Shown one piece after another: positions 46,605-56,872 of a stretch of 64,000 nt of DNA. Every line of letters begins with the position of its first letter. Position 1 is the stretch's first letter. The notes beneath the pieces are model-generated. The model was not told the origin of the DNA, made no database searches, and saw nothing but the letters and a program-made list of their open reading frames with translations. The stretch is from IMG/VR virus record IMGVR_UViG_3300021959_000024; one strand, written 5' to 3'. The position numbers and the translations under genes are program-made. The stretch is from an uncultured virus (IMG/VR IMGVR_UViG_3300021959_000024). Lineage: Duplodnaviria > Heunggongvirae > Uroviricota > Caudoviricetes.

Positions 46605-49114
46605 AGTTTTATACAAACATAGTTCAAAACAACAATGTAATTCTTGAACGATACATTGAAGATGGCGTACAGAAACAACGTGAAGTTCCATACATGCCTA
46701 CATTGTTTGTTAGCACTGTAAAACAGACGCCATTCAAAACTATTAAAGGCGAGAACGTTGAACCAAAGATGTTCAACAGTATTAGAGAAGCTCGTAATTA
46801 TATTCAAGAGCATAACAATATATCAAACAAGCCAATCTATGGCATGCAACAATTTGCTTATGCATACATCAATGAAGAATATCCGCAAAGAGACTTTGAT
46901 GTAAATCAGCTTACCGTATTCAACTTTGATATTGAGACCAAGTCCGATGAAGGATTTCCTAACATAGCAGAAGCTGATAAAGATATTCTGTCAATTGCTG
47001 TAAGATGCAAGAATCAATCATACATCCTTGGTTTAGATGAATACAAGCCTAGCGGTGATGACATCTACATTAAATGTTCATCAGAAACCGATCTACTTCT
47101 AAAGTTCATTGAACTGTGGGTAAGATGTAATCCAGATATTGTTACAGGTTGGAACATTGAGATGTTCGATATTCCTTACACTGTTAATAGAATTAGACGT
47201 AGAGTTGGTAAAGAAGCAGCAGATAGACTTTCACCTTGGGGCATGGTTAGAGATAGACATATTCCTACAGCTGCATCAAGAGCTAACAATGATAACACGC
47301 CTAACGCAAAAGATATTATTGGTGTCACGGTTCTTGATTATATGAATCTATACAAAAAGTTTACATATTCGCAGCAAGAAAGCTATGCACTAGATTACAT
47401 TGGTGAAGCAGAATTAGGTGAGAAGAAATTAGACTATAGTGAGTACGGAACGCTTAATGAACTATACAAACAAGACTATCAAAAGTTCCTAGACTATAAC
47501 ATCAAAGACGTTGTGCTTGTTGAACGACTAGATGACAAGATGAAGCTAATTGAGCAAGCATGTACAATTGCATACGATGCTGGGGTCAACTTGGTAGACT
47601 CGTTGACGTCTGTGCGTATGTGGGACGTTATTATTCACAACTATTTGTATGCTAAGAATATTATTGTTCCACCTAAAGAGCAAGTTGATAAAGATTTTCA
47701 AGTAGAAGGTGCTTACGTTAAGGATCCACAAACTGGATTACATAACTGGGTTGTATCGTTTGACTTAAACAGTCTGTACCCTCACTTGATTATGCAATAC
47801 AATATCTCACCAGAAACGTACGTTAGAGATATTGGTCAAAGACCCACTGCAGATGAAATTATAGGTGGGCTATATAACAATGAAAACATCAGAAAGTATA
47901 TGGACGACCATAACGTCACAGTATGCGGTTCAGGTGCCATGTACACAAAGGACTTCCAAGGTTTCTTACCTAAGCTGATGGAAACAATGTATAATGATCG
48001 TGTGAAATGGAAGTCACGAATGATCGAAGCAAGGAAACAATATGAAAAACAACCTAGTAGAGAACTTGAGTACGAGATTGCAAAATGCAACAATATGCAA
48101 ATGGCTAAGAAGATCCAACTTAACTCAGCATACGGTGCTCTTGGTAACCAGTATTTTAGATTTTTTGATACAAAGTATGCTGAGTCTATTACACTATCTG
48201 GCCAGCTTTCGATTAAGTGGATGGAGACTCACCTCAACAAGTTCCTTAATGCAAAGCTTCAGACGGAAGCAGTTGACTATGTCTTGGCGGTCGATACAGA
48301 TTCGTTATATGTTACTCTCGACGAGCTGGTCAATCAATCGGGCATTGATACAACTGAAAATAGCAAAGTGGTGGACTTCCTCGACAGAGTGGCTACAGAG
48401 GTCCTTGAACCGTTCATAGACAAGAGTTACTCCCAACTTGCCGATTACGTTAATGCGTATGAGCAAAAGATGGTAATGAAGCGAGAAGCAATTGCTCGTA
48501 ATGGTGTATGGACTGGAAAGAAACATTACATCCTTGATGTGTATGATAATGAGGGCGTCCGATATGCTGAACCTAAACTTAAAACAATGGGCATGGAAGC
48601 AGTACGATCGTCTACACCTAAAATCGTTCGTGAAAATTTAAAGAAAGCCTATGGCGTTTTGTTACGTGAAGGTGAGAAAGCTATTAGAGAATTTATTGAT
48701 AACTTTGAGAAAGAGTTTAGACAATTGCCATTTGAGGACGTGTCTTTTCCAAGAGGTTGTCGATTCATTAAAAAATGGGAAAGTGCTTCGGACATATACA
48801 AGAAAGGTACGCCGATCCATGTTCGTGGAGCATTACTATATAACAAACTAATAGAAGAGAAGAAATTAACTAAGAAATACAATAACATATTTGAGGGAGA
48901 CAAGATTAAGTTCTGTTACATGAAGTTGCCTAACCCTCTTAGAGAAAACGTTTTTGCTGTTCCAATGGTACTTCCACCAGAACTACAGTTGGATCAGTAC
49001 GTAGACTACGAGAAACAATTTGATAAAGCATTCAAGGAGCCATTAAATAACATTTGTGAATGTATGGGGTGGTCATTAGAAAAGCAGTTCACTCTTGATG
49101 ATTTCTTTGTATAA
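46601..49114 (+). CDS. gp43: Family B DNA polymerase gp43
   Basis: DIET exonuclease I, YNIKD, SFDLNSLYP, KIQLNSAYG, DTDS, KKHY. Confidence 0.97.
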   Translation: MKFYTNIVQNNNVILERYIEDGVQKQREVPYMPTLFVSTVKQTPFKTIKGENVEPKMFNSIREARNYIQEHNNISNKPIYGMQQFAYAYINEEYPQRDFDVNQLTVFNFDIETKSDEGFPNIAEADKDILSIAVRCKNQSYILGLDEYKPSGDDIYIKCSSETDLLLKFIELWVRCNPDIVTGWNIEMFDIPYTVNRIRRRVGKEAADRLSPWGMVRDRHIPTAASRANNDNTPNAKDIIGVTVLDYMNLYKKFTYSQQESYALDYIGEAELGEKKLDYSEYGTLNELYKQDYQKFLDYNIKDVVLVERLDDKMKLIEQACTIAYDAGVNLVDSLTSVRMWDVIIHNYLYAKNIIVPPKEQVDKDFQVEGAYVKDPQTGLHNWVVSFDLNSLYPHLIMQYNISPETYVRDIGQRPTADEIIGGLYNNENIRKYMDDHNVTVCGSGAMYTKDFQGFLPKLMETMYNDRVKWKSRMIEARKQYEKQPSRELEYEIAKCNNMQMAKKIQLNSAYGALGNQYFRFFDTKYAESITLSGQLSIKWMETHLNKFLNAKLQTEAVDYVLAVDTDSLYVTLDELVNQSGIDTTENSKVVDFLDRVATEVLEPFIDKSYSQLADYVNAYEQKMVMKREAIARNGVWTGKKHYILDVYDNEGVRYAEPKLKTMGMEAVRSSTPKIVRENLKKAYGVLLREGEKAIREFIDNFEKEFRQLPFEDVSFPRGCRFIKKWESASDIYKKGTPIHVRGALLYNKLIEEKKLTKKYNNIFEGDKIKFCYMKLPNPLRENVFAVPMVLPPELQLDQYVDYEKQFDKAFKEPLNNICECMGWSLEKQFTLDDFFV

Positions 49115-49122
49115 ATAGGACT

Positions 49123-49425
49123 ATGGCAGAAAAAAACTTACATGACTTAAGTACTTTTGATTTTGGGTTTAGTGTTGTAGACGCTGACGAGTTGGATGCT
49201 GTCCAATCTGTTAAGCAAGAAGCTGCAAGTGCAGCGTCTACATCAGCTGAATGGCAAGCACAAGCAGAAGAGTGGCAGGCAAAAGCTAACGCCATTTACG
49301 GAGCTATTGTTCCTTTGTTAAACAATCTTCAATCTAATGAAGAAAAGGAATATATCTATTGGCCTAATCGATCTGTTAAGATTGATCAGTTTAAACTAAA
49401 ACTACAACAAGTATTAAATGATTAA
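49123..49425 (+). CDS. Hypothetical protein
   Basis: FDFGFS.VD...PLL.NL...EK.YIYWPNR; late promoter TATAAATA 49110-17. Confidence 0.7.
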   Translation: MAEKNLHDLSTFDFGFSVVDADELDAVQSVKQEAASAASTSAEWQAQAEEWQAKANAIYGAIVPLLNNLQSNEEKEYIYWPNRSVKIDQFKLKLQQVLND

Positions 49426-50275
49426 TTACTTAGCTATATTTGCATCATTGTGTGTGGCAACAGTTGCTGCATACTATTCTATCGTTGGACTTTCAACAAT
49501 ATTTTCTGGTGCATTTTGGTCAGTTGTGATAATGGCATCAGTACTAGAGTTCGCTAAAATTATCACAGCAGTTTATGTTCATTTACGTTGGAGTGACATA
49601 AACAGAGCATTCAGATATTATTTAACTACTGCAGTAATTGCTTTGATGTTAATTACGTCATTAGGTATATTTGGTTTCTTATCAAAGGCACACATAGACA
49701 GTCAAACAGCATCAGCAGACAACTCAATAGCAATTGAATTAATTGATAGTCAAATACAAAGAGAACAAAAAGTAGTAGATTACGTTGACTCTCAGTTTAA
49801 TCTCTTAGATAATGCATACGAGGAATGGATATCTAAAGGATACATTACGAGGGCACTAAATGAGCGAGACAAACAATCAGAACAAAGAGAGCAACTTAGT
49901 GGACAACAAACTCAAGCTACAGAAAAAATTAATGAGCTTGTACTTAGAAGAGCTGAACTCGAGCGAGAAGCTGTTAGACAAGAAGCTGAAGTTGGCCCAA
50001 TCAAGTATGTTGCAGAAATTGTATACGGTGACGATGATGATCGTATTGATGATGCTGCTCGTATTCTTATCTTGGTATTGATATTTGCATTTGATCCGCT
50101 AGCGCTTTTATTGTTACTAGCAAGTACATCTGTAATTTATAAAGAGAATGATTACATTCCACCTATCATTGATGAAAGTGATATAAATGATTTAAGGGAA
50201 GGTACCACCGTTTCTGTTAAAGAAATAAATGAGTACATTAGGAAAAAAAGAGAATATTTCCCTAAGAAAAAATAA
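49418..50275 (+). CDS. Membrane protein with periplasmic coiled coil
   Basis: Three N-terminal TM segments, TS.GIFGFLSKAH, EVGPIKY.A, IF.FDPLA TM. Confidence 0.7.
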   Translation: MINYLAIFASLCVATVAAYYSIVGLSTIFSGAFWSVVIMASVLEFAKIITAVYVHLRWSDINRAFRYYLTTAVIALMLITSLGIFGFLSKAHIDSQTASADNSIAIELIDSQIQREQKVVDYVDSQFNLLDNAYEEWISKGYITRALNERDKQSEQREQLSGQQTQATEKINELVLRRAELEREAVRQEAEVGPIKYVAEIVYGDDDDRIDDAARILILVLIFAFDPLALLLLLASTSVIYKENDYIPPIIDESDINDLREGTTVSVKEINEYIRKKREYFPKKK

Positions 50276-50287
50276 CTGAAGGACATT

Positions 50288-52015
50288 ATGTGTAGCGTTG
50301 AAGGCTTTACTGGTAAGCATGATTTTACCATTGAACAATTTACAAAATTTAATAAATGCAGAGGACCTGATGATACAACGTATTTTCAAGATTCGTTATT
50401 ATCATTAGGGCACAATCTACTGTCGATATCACCAAATTCTACTCCAAAACGACAGCCCTGGATATGTCCAGGAGGAGAAATTCTTACATGGAACGGTGAG
50501 ATTTTTGGACTAGAAAATAATCAATTTGATACAGAAGTATTTGGTGAAATTATATCCAAGCACTCTATTGCTAAAATGAAGCATAATATTAATTGGATGG
50601 GTGCAGGAGTTATATACGACCCAGAAAAGTATCGTCTTACATTGTTTAGAGACCATTTTGGAATTAAACCTTTATACTTCGTTGAGTATCAACAAAATAT
50701 TTTCTTTTCTTCAACAGCAAGACCGCTATATGCAGTACTTCAAAGTAAAGGAATTCCGATTGAAAAGGATAAAAATCACTTTAGATCGTTTCAATCTAAT
50801 GACAGACATATGTTTGGGATGTATACGCCCGTAAATCGCATTCAAAGATTGGCGCCAGGTCAAGTATTGTTATGGGATATTAGAGAAGGTAAATTTGATG
50901 GAGAAGACAATCTCTGGGGACAAGATCCTAAAAAATGGAATCTTCGTATGAATATGAATTGGATCCCTGAGAGACTGGAAGATAAGTTTGTAAAAGGAAT
51001 AACAGAAGTATGTAATGCGCCTGGAATAAAAAAAACTATTTCGTTAAGTGGCGGTTTGGATAGTACGTTGATAGCATCAATTGCAAAAGATTTAGATAAT
51101 ATAGACGTTCAGACAGTTAAATATGAAAACTTTACTCCTGAACAAGATGAAACAATCAATGACAATATGTTCTTTGAGTGGGACCTTGCTAAAAAGACAG
51201 CAAATAAATTTAAACTTCCATTTCACACAACCAAGTATCCATACGATAATAACAAGATAATCAAGTATGGGCAATTTGCACTGTCTATTCCTCAGTGGGA
51301 CAGAAATAGATGGACAACAAGATTTGCAAACATAAAAGCTGCTTCAGATAGAGGATCCAAAATATATATTGTTGGAGATGGTGCTGATGAACTATTGACT
51401 GGATACAACGGTGATTATGATTACTTTGAGGAAAGAAAAAGACCAAAGATGAGTAAGCAAATAATCGATGCATATGCTAACAATGATTTTAAATGGTGGC
51501 ACCTTAAAAGAGTTACACCGTGGTGGTTGTTTGGCGATGATTTAATTAACAATCGTTTGTTTACTAGATTGTTCCAGCATGTTGATTCTTTCTGTACGAC
51601 CGTAGATCATATGTGTGGTAATTTTGGAATGGAAAGTAGAGTGCCATTTTTACACCAAGAGCTTGCCAAATATTTGTTAAAAATACCAGCGGTTGATAAG
51701 CTCCATGTTCCGTTTAGTTATAGTGAGAATGATAGACATATGTACAAAGGTCATTATAAAATAATGATACGTGATTACATGAAACAATACATTCCCCTCC
51801 ATATTCGTAAAAGAGATAGCAAGATAGGATTCTCTACTCCATGGAATGCAAGGGACGATAAAAGAAATCAAGCCTTAGCAAAAGAGGATTGGAGATTATT
51901 ACAGTTACAAGCAGAGAAGTTTTTTAACTTTGATGTTGATTTTAAAAATGAATGGGACGATAATAGCGAATCAATTAATGACAGTAATATTACTGTAGAC
52001 CTAAGCGGAGATTAG
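50288..52015 (+). CDS. Asparagine synthetase B-like glutamine amidotransferase
   Basis: N-terminal Cys2, RGPD, NGEI, RD.FGIKPLY, LSGGLDS, GDGADEL..GY, E.RVPFL. Confidence 0.88.
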   Translation: MCSVEGFTGKHDFTIEQFTKFNKCRGPDDTTYFQDSLLSLGHNLLSISPNSTPKRQPWICPGGEILTWNGEIFGLENNQFDTEVFGEIISKHSIAKMKHNINWMGAGVIYDPEKYRLTLFRDHFGIKPLYFVEYQQNIFFSSTARPLYAVLQSKGIPIEKDKNHFRSFQSNDRHMFGMYTPVNRIQRLAPGQVLLWDIREGKFDGEDNLWGQDPKKWNLRMNMNWIPERLEDKFVKGITEVCNAPGIKKTISLSGGLDSTLIASIAKDLDNIDVQTVKYENFTPEQDETINDNMFFEWDLAKKTANKFKLPFHTTKYPYDNNKIIKYGQFALSIPQWDRNRWTTRFANIKAASDRGSKIYIVGDGADELLTGYNGDYDYFEERKRPKMSKQIIDAYANNDFKWWHLKRVTPWWLFGDDLINNRLFTRLFQHVDSFCTTVDHMCGNFGMESRVPFLHQELAKYLLKIPAVDKLHVPFSYSENDRHMYKGHYKIMIRDYMKQYIPLHIRKRDSKIGFSTPWNARDDKRNQALAKEDWRLLQLQAEKFFNFDVDFKNEWDDNSESINDSNITVDLSGD

Positions 52016-52016
52016 T

Positions 52017-53081
52017 ATGGGTGAATTTTTTAGAAATTTTGTTGAGGATCTTAAGGACGAGGATACTTCTATTGCATCAGATGGTTTAGCTGCTGGTGAG
52101 TTTAGTGGCACAATAGATTCTGGTTCATATATCCTTAATGCATTGTTAAGTGGATCCTTGTTTGGTGGTATTCCTAACAATAAAGTTACTGCATTTGCAG
52201 GAGAATCAGCTACAGGTAAAACGTTCTTTGTGTTAGGATGTGTGAAGGCATTCTTAGAATCTAATCCTGATGCTGGCGTAATGTATTATGATACTGAAGC
52301 AGCTGTTACTAAGGATATGATGGAAGCAAGAGGAATTGATACTTCTCGTGTAATCATTTCAGAACCTCAGACCATTCAAGAGTTTAGACATCATGCACTT
52401 AAGTCTATTGACCTCTATGAAAAAACTCCTAAAGATAAAAGACCACCATTCATGTTTGTCTTAGATTCTTTAGGGCTACTCTCTACTACAAAAGAATTAG
52501 AAGATATCTCTGAAGGCAAAGAAACTAGAGATATGACCAAAGCTCAAGTAATCAAAGCTGCATTTAGAGTGCTTACACTTAAACTTGCAAGAGCTGGCAT
52601 ACCAATGTTAGTAACTAACCACGTATACGAAGTAATTGGAAGTTATATTCCACAGAAAGAGATGGGTGGCGGTACTGGACTTAAGTATGCTGCAAGCACA
52701 ATTGTGTATCTCGGTAAGAAAAAAGAAAGAGATAACACTACAAAAGAAGTTGTTGGTAATATTATCAAAGCAACTACTTATAAATCAAGATTGTCTAAAG
52801 AAAATGCTACAGCAGAAGTTCTGTTAAGGTATGATAGTGGTCTTGATAAACATTATGGACTTATTGAGTTAGCTATTGAAGCTGGCTTATTTGAAAAGAA
52901 TGGGTCTAGGATTGTGGCTAATGGTAAAAGCGTATACGCTAAAAACATTCTTGGTAGTCCAGAAGAATATTTTACTACTGAAGTCCTCAATGAACTAGAC
53001 AAATTTGCACAGGAGAAATATAGTTATGGTTCCGGATCCCAAATGGCATCTGAGGATATCGTTAGTGAAGAGTCTGCTTAG
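52017..53081 (+). CDS. uvsX: RecA-like recombinase UvsX
   Basis: AGESATGKTF, YDTE, LDSLG, TNHVY, MGGG.G..YAAS. Confidence 0.95.
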   Translation: MGEFFRNFVEDLKDEDTSIASDGLAAGEFSGTIDSGSYILNALLSGSLFGGIPNNKVTAFAGESATGKTFFVLGCVKAFLESNPDAGVMYYDTEAAVTKDMMEARGIDTSRVIISEPQTIQEFRHHALKSIDLYEKTPKDKRPPFMFVLDSLGLLSTTKELEDISEGKETRDMTKAQVIKAAFRVLTLKLARAGIPMLVTNHVYEVIGSYIPQKEMGGGTGLKYAASTIVYLGKKKERDNTTKEVVGNIIKATTYKSRLSKENATAEVLLRYDSGLDKHYGLIELAIEAGLFEKNGSRIVANGKSVYAKNILGSPEEYFTTEVLNELDKFAQEKYSYGSGSQMASEDIVSEESA

Positions 53082-53181
53082 AATAGCAGCTGGATTTGCA
53101 TTAATCGTTCACAACTTTCTTATTGCAGGCGTACTATTCATAGTCGCTGAAGCATTAGGTATCCTTGAAGAGCTTGTATGA
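53026..53181 (+). CDS. 51-aa membrane protein overlapping the uvsX 3' end (not in ORF track)
   Basis: AGGAG upstream; MVPDPKWHLRISLVKSLLRIAAGFALIVHNFLIAGVLFIVAEALGILEELV; fills the gap and is ATGA-coupled to the next gene. Confidence 0.65.
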   Translation: MVPDPKWHLRISLVKSLLRIAAGFALIVHNFLIAGVLFIVAEALGILEELV

Positions 53182-53768
53182 GTATATCAGATATTAAACA
53201 CAGGGGTCTTTTTAGAGTAGATGTATTACGAATAGTATTAGATTTGCCTCACAAAGAGATCTCTGAGTATCTTATTGAAGATAGCAAAGATTGGGAAAGG
53301 TATACAACATACCATGATGCTAAATTAAATAAAAAAGTGCTTGAAGGTATGCCTGGATATCAAGATATGATTAATGATATCACAAAAGCATCGCACGAAT
53401 TTGTTAAGAGAACCAAACGTAAACCATTCATAGACGATGATGACGTATTCATATCTACATGGGTAAGTATCTATGATGAACACGATCAACATGGTTCACA
53501 TTTTCATCCTAAGTCTCTTATAGCTGGAACATACTATCCACAGACAAGTTCAGAAAGTTCTGCCATTACTTTAGAATCTCCGTGGACTAATTTTACAAGT
53601 CATGATACAATACCATTTCAAGAGATGTTGTTTGACTATAAACCTAATCCTGGCGATATGTTATTATGGCCAGCGTGGTTGAACCATAGAGTGTCACCAC
53701 AAAAGAAATCAGATACAAAAAGAATAGCAATTTCATTTAACATAGATTACCAGAGATATCATCAATGA
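53178..53768 (+). CDS. 2OG-Fe(II) oxygenase-like protein
   Basis: HFHP...AGTYY, PGD.LLWP.WL.H.V, RIAISFN. Confidence 0.8.
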   Translation: MSISDIKHRGLFRVDVLRIVLDLPHKEISEYLIEDSKDWERYTTYHDAKLNKKVLEGMPGYQDMINDITKASHEFVKRTKRKPFIDDDDVFISTWVSIYDEHDQHGSHFHPKSLIAGTYYPQTSSESSAITLESPWTNFTSHDTIPFQEMLFDYKPNPGDMLLWPAWLNHRVSPQKKSDTKRIAISFNIDYQRYHQ

Positions 53769-55123
53769 TTGAGAAACAGATACTAGCAGGACTTATTAAT
53801 GACGAACAATATACTCGTCAAGTTCTTCCGTTCTTAAAAGAACATTATTTTGGTCAAATAGATCAAAAGCTAGTATTCAAGATTATTACTCAATACTTTG
53901 AGAAGTACAATGCACTACCTAAGAGAGAAGCACTCTCAATTGAGATAGAACAAGTAGCAGGGGTAGATGATAAAACTATACAAAGTGCATTACAGACTGT
54001 TAATGAATTACCTACGACGGATGTCGATGAATGGCTAGTTGATCAAACAGAGACTTTTTGTCAAGATAAAGCAATCTACAATGCAATCATGTCTGGCATT
54101 GAGATCATAGAAAAGACCCCTGATAATAAAGGACAACTTCCTGGGTTATTGCAAGAAGCATTGCAAGTGAGTTTTGATAACAGCATTGGTCACGATTTTA
54201 TTGATGACGCTGATAGACGATATGAGTTCTATCATCAAGAAGAAACTAGAGTTCCTTTTGACCTAGATATGATGAACAAAATTACTAAAGGTGGATTACC
54301 AACAAAAACGCTTAATATTATCCTAGCAGGTACTGGCGTAGGTAAGTCATTGTTCATGTGCCATTGTGCAGCAGCTAACATTACAGAAGGCAAGAATGTA
54401 TTATACATTACAATGGAGATGGCAGAAGAAAGAATTGCTGAAAGAATTGACGCTAATTTATTAGACGTAACTATGGAAGACCTCAATGTGTTACCTAAGT
54501 CAGCCTACGATAAGAAAATGGCAAGACTAAAAGAAAGGTGTACAGGTAAATTAGTAATTAAAGAATACCCAACAGCAAGTGCAAATGCTAATCACTTTAG
54601 ACATCTAATTCAAGAACTAAGAACAAAAAAGAACTTTAAACCAGATGTAATATATATTGACTACCTCAACATATGTGCATCGTTTAGAATTAGAGGAGGC
54701 GCAAATGCAGGATCGTATGCCATTGTCAAAGCGATTGCAGAAGAATTACGAGGACTGGCTGTGGAATGCAACGTGCCAATCATCAGTGCGACACAAACCA
54801 ATAGACAAGGGTTCTCAAGCTCTGATATTGGTTTGGAAGATACGTCGGAGTCTTTCGGTCTACCGGCAACAGCTGACTTCATGGTGGCACTCTCGCAAAC
54901 AGAAGAACTCGAACGATTAAACCAATACATGATCAAGCAGCTTAAGAATAGATTTGCTGATCCAGCTTTTCATAGAAAGTTTGTTGTTGGCGTAGATAAG
55001 TCTCGTATGAGAATTTATGATGTAGAGCAGAGTGCTCAGAAAGAAATTATTGATGATACGCCTTTATTTGATAGAAGCGAGTCGTCAAAGAACTTAAAAA
55101 ACATATTTGACGATTTTAAATGA
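53765..55123 (+). CDS. gp41: Replicative DNA helicase gp41
   Basis: AGTGVGKS, EMAEE.I..RIDAN, IDYLNIC, ATQT.R, TSESFGLP.TAD, KQLKNR. Confidence 0.96.
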   Translation: MIEKQILAGLINDEQYTRQVLPFLKEHYFGQIDQKLVFKIITQYFEKYNALPKREALSIEIEQVAGVDDKTIQSALQTVNELPTTDVDEWLVDQTETFCQDKAIYNAIMSGIEIIEKTPDNKGQLPGLLQEALQVSFDNSIGHDFIDDADRRYEFYHQEETRVPFDLDMMNKITKGGLPTKTLNIILAGTGVGKSLFMCHCAAANITEGKNVLYITMEMAEERIAERIDANLLDVTMEDLNVLPKSAYDKKMARLKERCTGKLVIKEYPTASANANHFRHLIQELRTKKNFKPDVIYIDYLNICASFRIRGGANAGSYAIVKAIAEELRGLAVECNVPIISATQTNRQGFSSSDIGLEDTSESFGLPATADFMVALSQTEELERLNQYMIKQLKNRFADPAFHRKFVVGVDKSRMRIYDVEQSAQKEIIDDTPLFDRSESSKNLKNIFDDFK

Positions 55124-56718
55124 ACATATTAACAACATACCTAGGACACGAATCTAACATAGTAACTTACATAGATGGTAAGATTACTATCTTTGAGCTA
55201 GATAAACTTGTAGGTGAAAAATGGACAAAAGTAGCTACTAAACCTGTAGTAGAAATTTGTAATATATTTGAACAGGTGTTTGATATTATTGGCACTAATT
55301 CATTTGATCTTTGGGTTAATGGATCCATCGGTGATGAAGGTGCAGGTAATGGAGACGTATGGGCTACTAAATTCAAAAAAATCATTGATTACAAGAGACA
55401 TATTAACGGCCCTGGACACCACTTATGTCACGGTTACAGTTCTTTTTATCAATCTCCGTTTGAAAAAGCATTTATTATCTCTAGTGACGGTGGAGGTAAT
55501 GATGGCGTATTTAATATGTACAGAGCAGATAGACAAAATGGCCTTCAATTATTTCAGCGAATAGATAGGTTTGATCTTGGAACAATCTATGGTCTGTTAG
55601 GATGTTCAAGTAAAGAGATTACTGATACTACTGGACATTATTTAGATGTAGCAGGTAAAGCAATGGCATTGGCCAGCGTAGGTCATGATCGTAGTAGAGA
55701 TGTAAAGTTAAGAAATTTTATTCAAGACATATACACCGGACAGACGTTTGGTCATTTTAATGAATATGTTGGTTTAAAAAAAGGGACGCACAACGTTAAT
55801 GTTGCTGTAGGCAATCATGTAAAAGCTAAATTCCAGTCTTTAGAAGATAACAGTTTATCAAGACAAATCTGTGAAATAAATCAGACGCAACTTGAAAATA
55901 AGTTTTATTCAATAGTCAATGACAGATCGTATGAAATATTTTCTCGATACGATGGTAATCTAGTTCTTACTGGCGGTGTTGCAATGAACGTCGTGAACAA
56001 TCAAAAACTAAGAGATAAGCAAGGTGTTGATTTATTCGTTCCATGTAATCCTAGTGATAGAGGTCTTGCGTTAGGACTATTGTATTGGTATCTACATTTG
56101 ACTGGCATGGAAATTCCTAGAGGTTCACAACACTATGCAGGACCTCCATTGATAGGTGATGGTCCTATTGATCCATCTAAAAGAAAGACATCAATCAAAA
56201 CAATTGCAAACATGCTTAAAAAAGGTGCTATCCTTGGAGTAGCAGAAGGCAATGGTGAAATAGGAATGAGAGCTTTAGGTAGACGATCAATCATTTGTGA
56301 TCCAAGCATTCCTGGAATGAAAGACAAAATCAATGCTGAGGTCAAAGGAAGAGAATGGTTTAGACCATTTGCACCGATAATATTAGAAGAACACTTAGAT
56401 GGATTCCAGTCATCCTCATTTGATAACTTAGAATATATGGCTTATGCTGTTCCAGTAACAGATGAGTTTGCTGAGAAGTATCCTGCTGTATGTCATGTGG
56501 ACAATACAGCCAGAGTTCAATTGTGCAATGATGAAAATAGCACAGTATACAAAATTATGAAAGAATTAGGAACACCATTGCTAAACACCTCTTTCAATAT
56601 TCAAGGGCAACCTATAATTGCTCGAGAATCAGAGGCATTTGATATGTTAAACAGTGGCGTCTTAGACGGCATTGTCGTGAATGGTGTCCTATATAAAAAA
56701 CCCAAAAGTGATAAATAA
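55120..56718 (+). CDS. Carbamoyltransferase (NodU/CmcH family)
   Basis: HH.CH, DGGG, GK.MALA, GGVAMN, D.G.A.G, G.RALG.RSI, K.RE.FRPFAP, HVD.TAR.Q, LNTSFN. Confidence 0.9.
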   Translation: MNILTTYLGHESNIVTYIDGKITIFELDKLVGEKWTKVATKPVVEICNIFEQVFDIIGTNSFDLWVNGSIGDEGAGNGDVWATKFKKIIDYKRHINGPGHHLCHGYSSFYQSPFEKAFIISSDGGGNDGVFNMYRADRQNGLQLFQRIDRFDLGTIYGLLGCSSKEITDTTGHYLDVAGKAMALASVGHDRSRDVKLRNFIQDIYTGQTFGHFNEYVGLKKGTHNVNVAVGNHVKAKFQSLEDNSLSRQICEINQTQLENKFYSIVNDRSYEIFSRYDGNLVLTGGVAMNVVNNQKLRDKQGVDLFVPCNPSDRGLALGLLYWYLHLTGMEIPRGSQHYAGPPLIGDGPIDPSKRKTSIKTIANMLKKGAILGVAEGNGEIGMRALGRRSIICDPSIPGMKDKINAEVKGREWFRPFAPIILEEHLDGFQSSSFDNLEYMAYAVPVTDEFAEKYPAVCHVDNTARVQLCNDENSTVYKIMKELGTPLLNTSFNIQGQPIIARESEAFDMLNSGVLDGIVVNGVLYKKPKSDK

Positions 56719-56720
56719 GC

Positions 56721-56830
56721 GTAGTTCTTGTGAGACTCAGTGGGGACTGGATCTAGAGGCAAGTGTTTAGTCAAACTAAGCAGATGGAATTGACGGGATT
56801 TATCGTGGGGTTCGACCCGTCCAAGAACAC
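56721..56830 (+). ncRNA. Candidate structured ncRNA (four-way junction), family unrecognised
   Basis: Closing stem GTTCTTG/CAAGAAC plus three internal hairpins; GC-richer than flanks; terminator follows. Confidence 0.55.
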
Positions 56831-56846
56831 TTAGAAGGTTTTTTAG

Positions 56847-56872
56847 AGGTGCCAAATTGGCACCTTTTTTTT
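56847..56872 (+). terminator. Rho-independent terminator
   Basis: AGGTGCCA-aat-TGGCACCT plus T run. Confidence 0.9.

Noticed and set aside
47836..48903. Overlapping ORFs and a slightly GC-richer patch within gp43 (similar patches in gp46 and gp41)
   Set aside because: Shadow ORFs of a conserved gene; the compositional shift is mild and cannot be established by eye
15102..49114. Introns, inteins or homing endonucleases in terminase, gp46, thyX or DNA polymerase
   Set aside because: All are uninterrupted and of normal length; no LAGLIDADG, HNH or GIY-YIG motifs recognised
50288..52015. Calling the SGGLDS protein QueC or Gat-QueC
   Set aside because: It has AsnB-specific motifs (GDGADEL, E.RVPFL) and lacks the QueC C-terminal Cys zinc cluster
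56792..56830. tRNA suggested by GGTTCGA
   Set aside because: No 7-bp acceptor stem with D and anticodon arms in tRNA spacing, and no CCA; kept only as an unknown ncRNA
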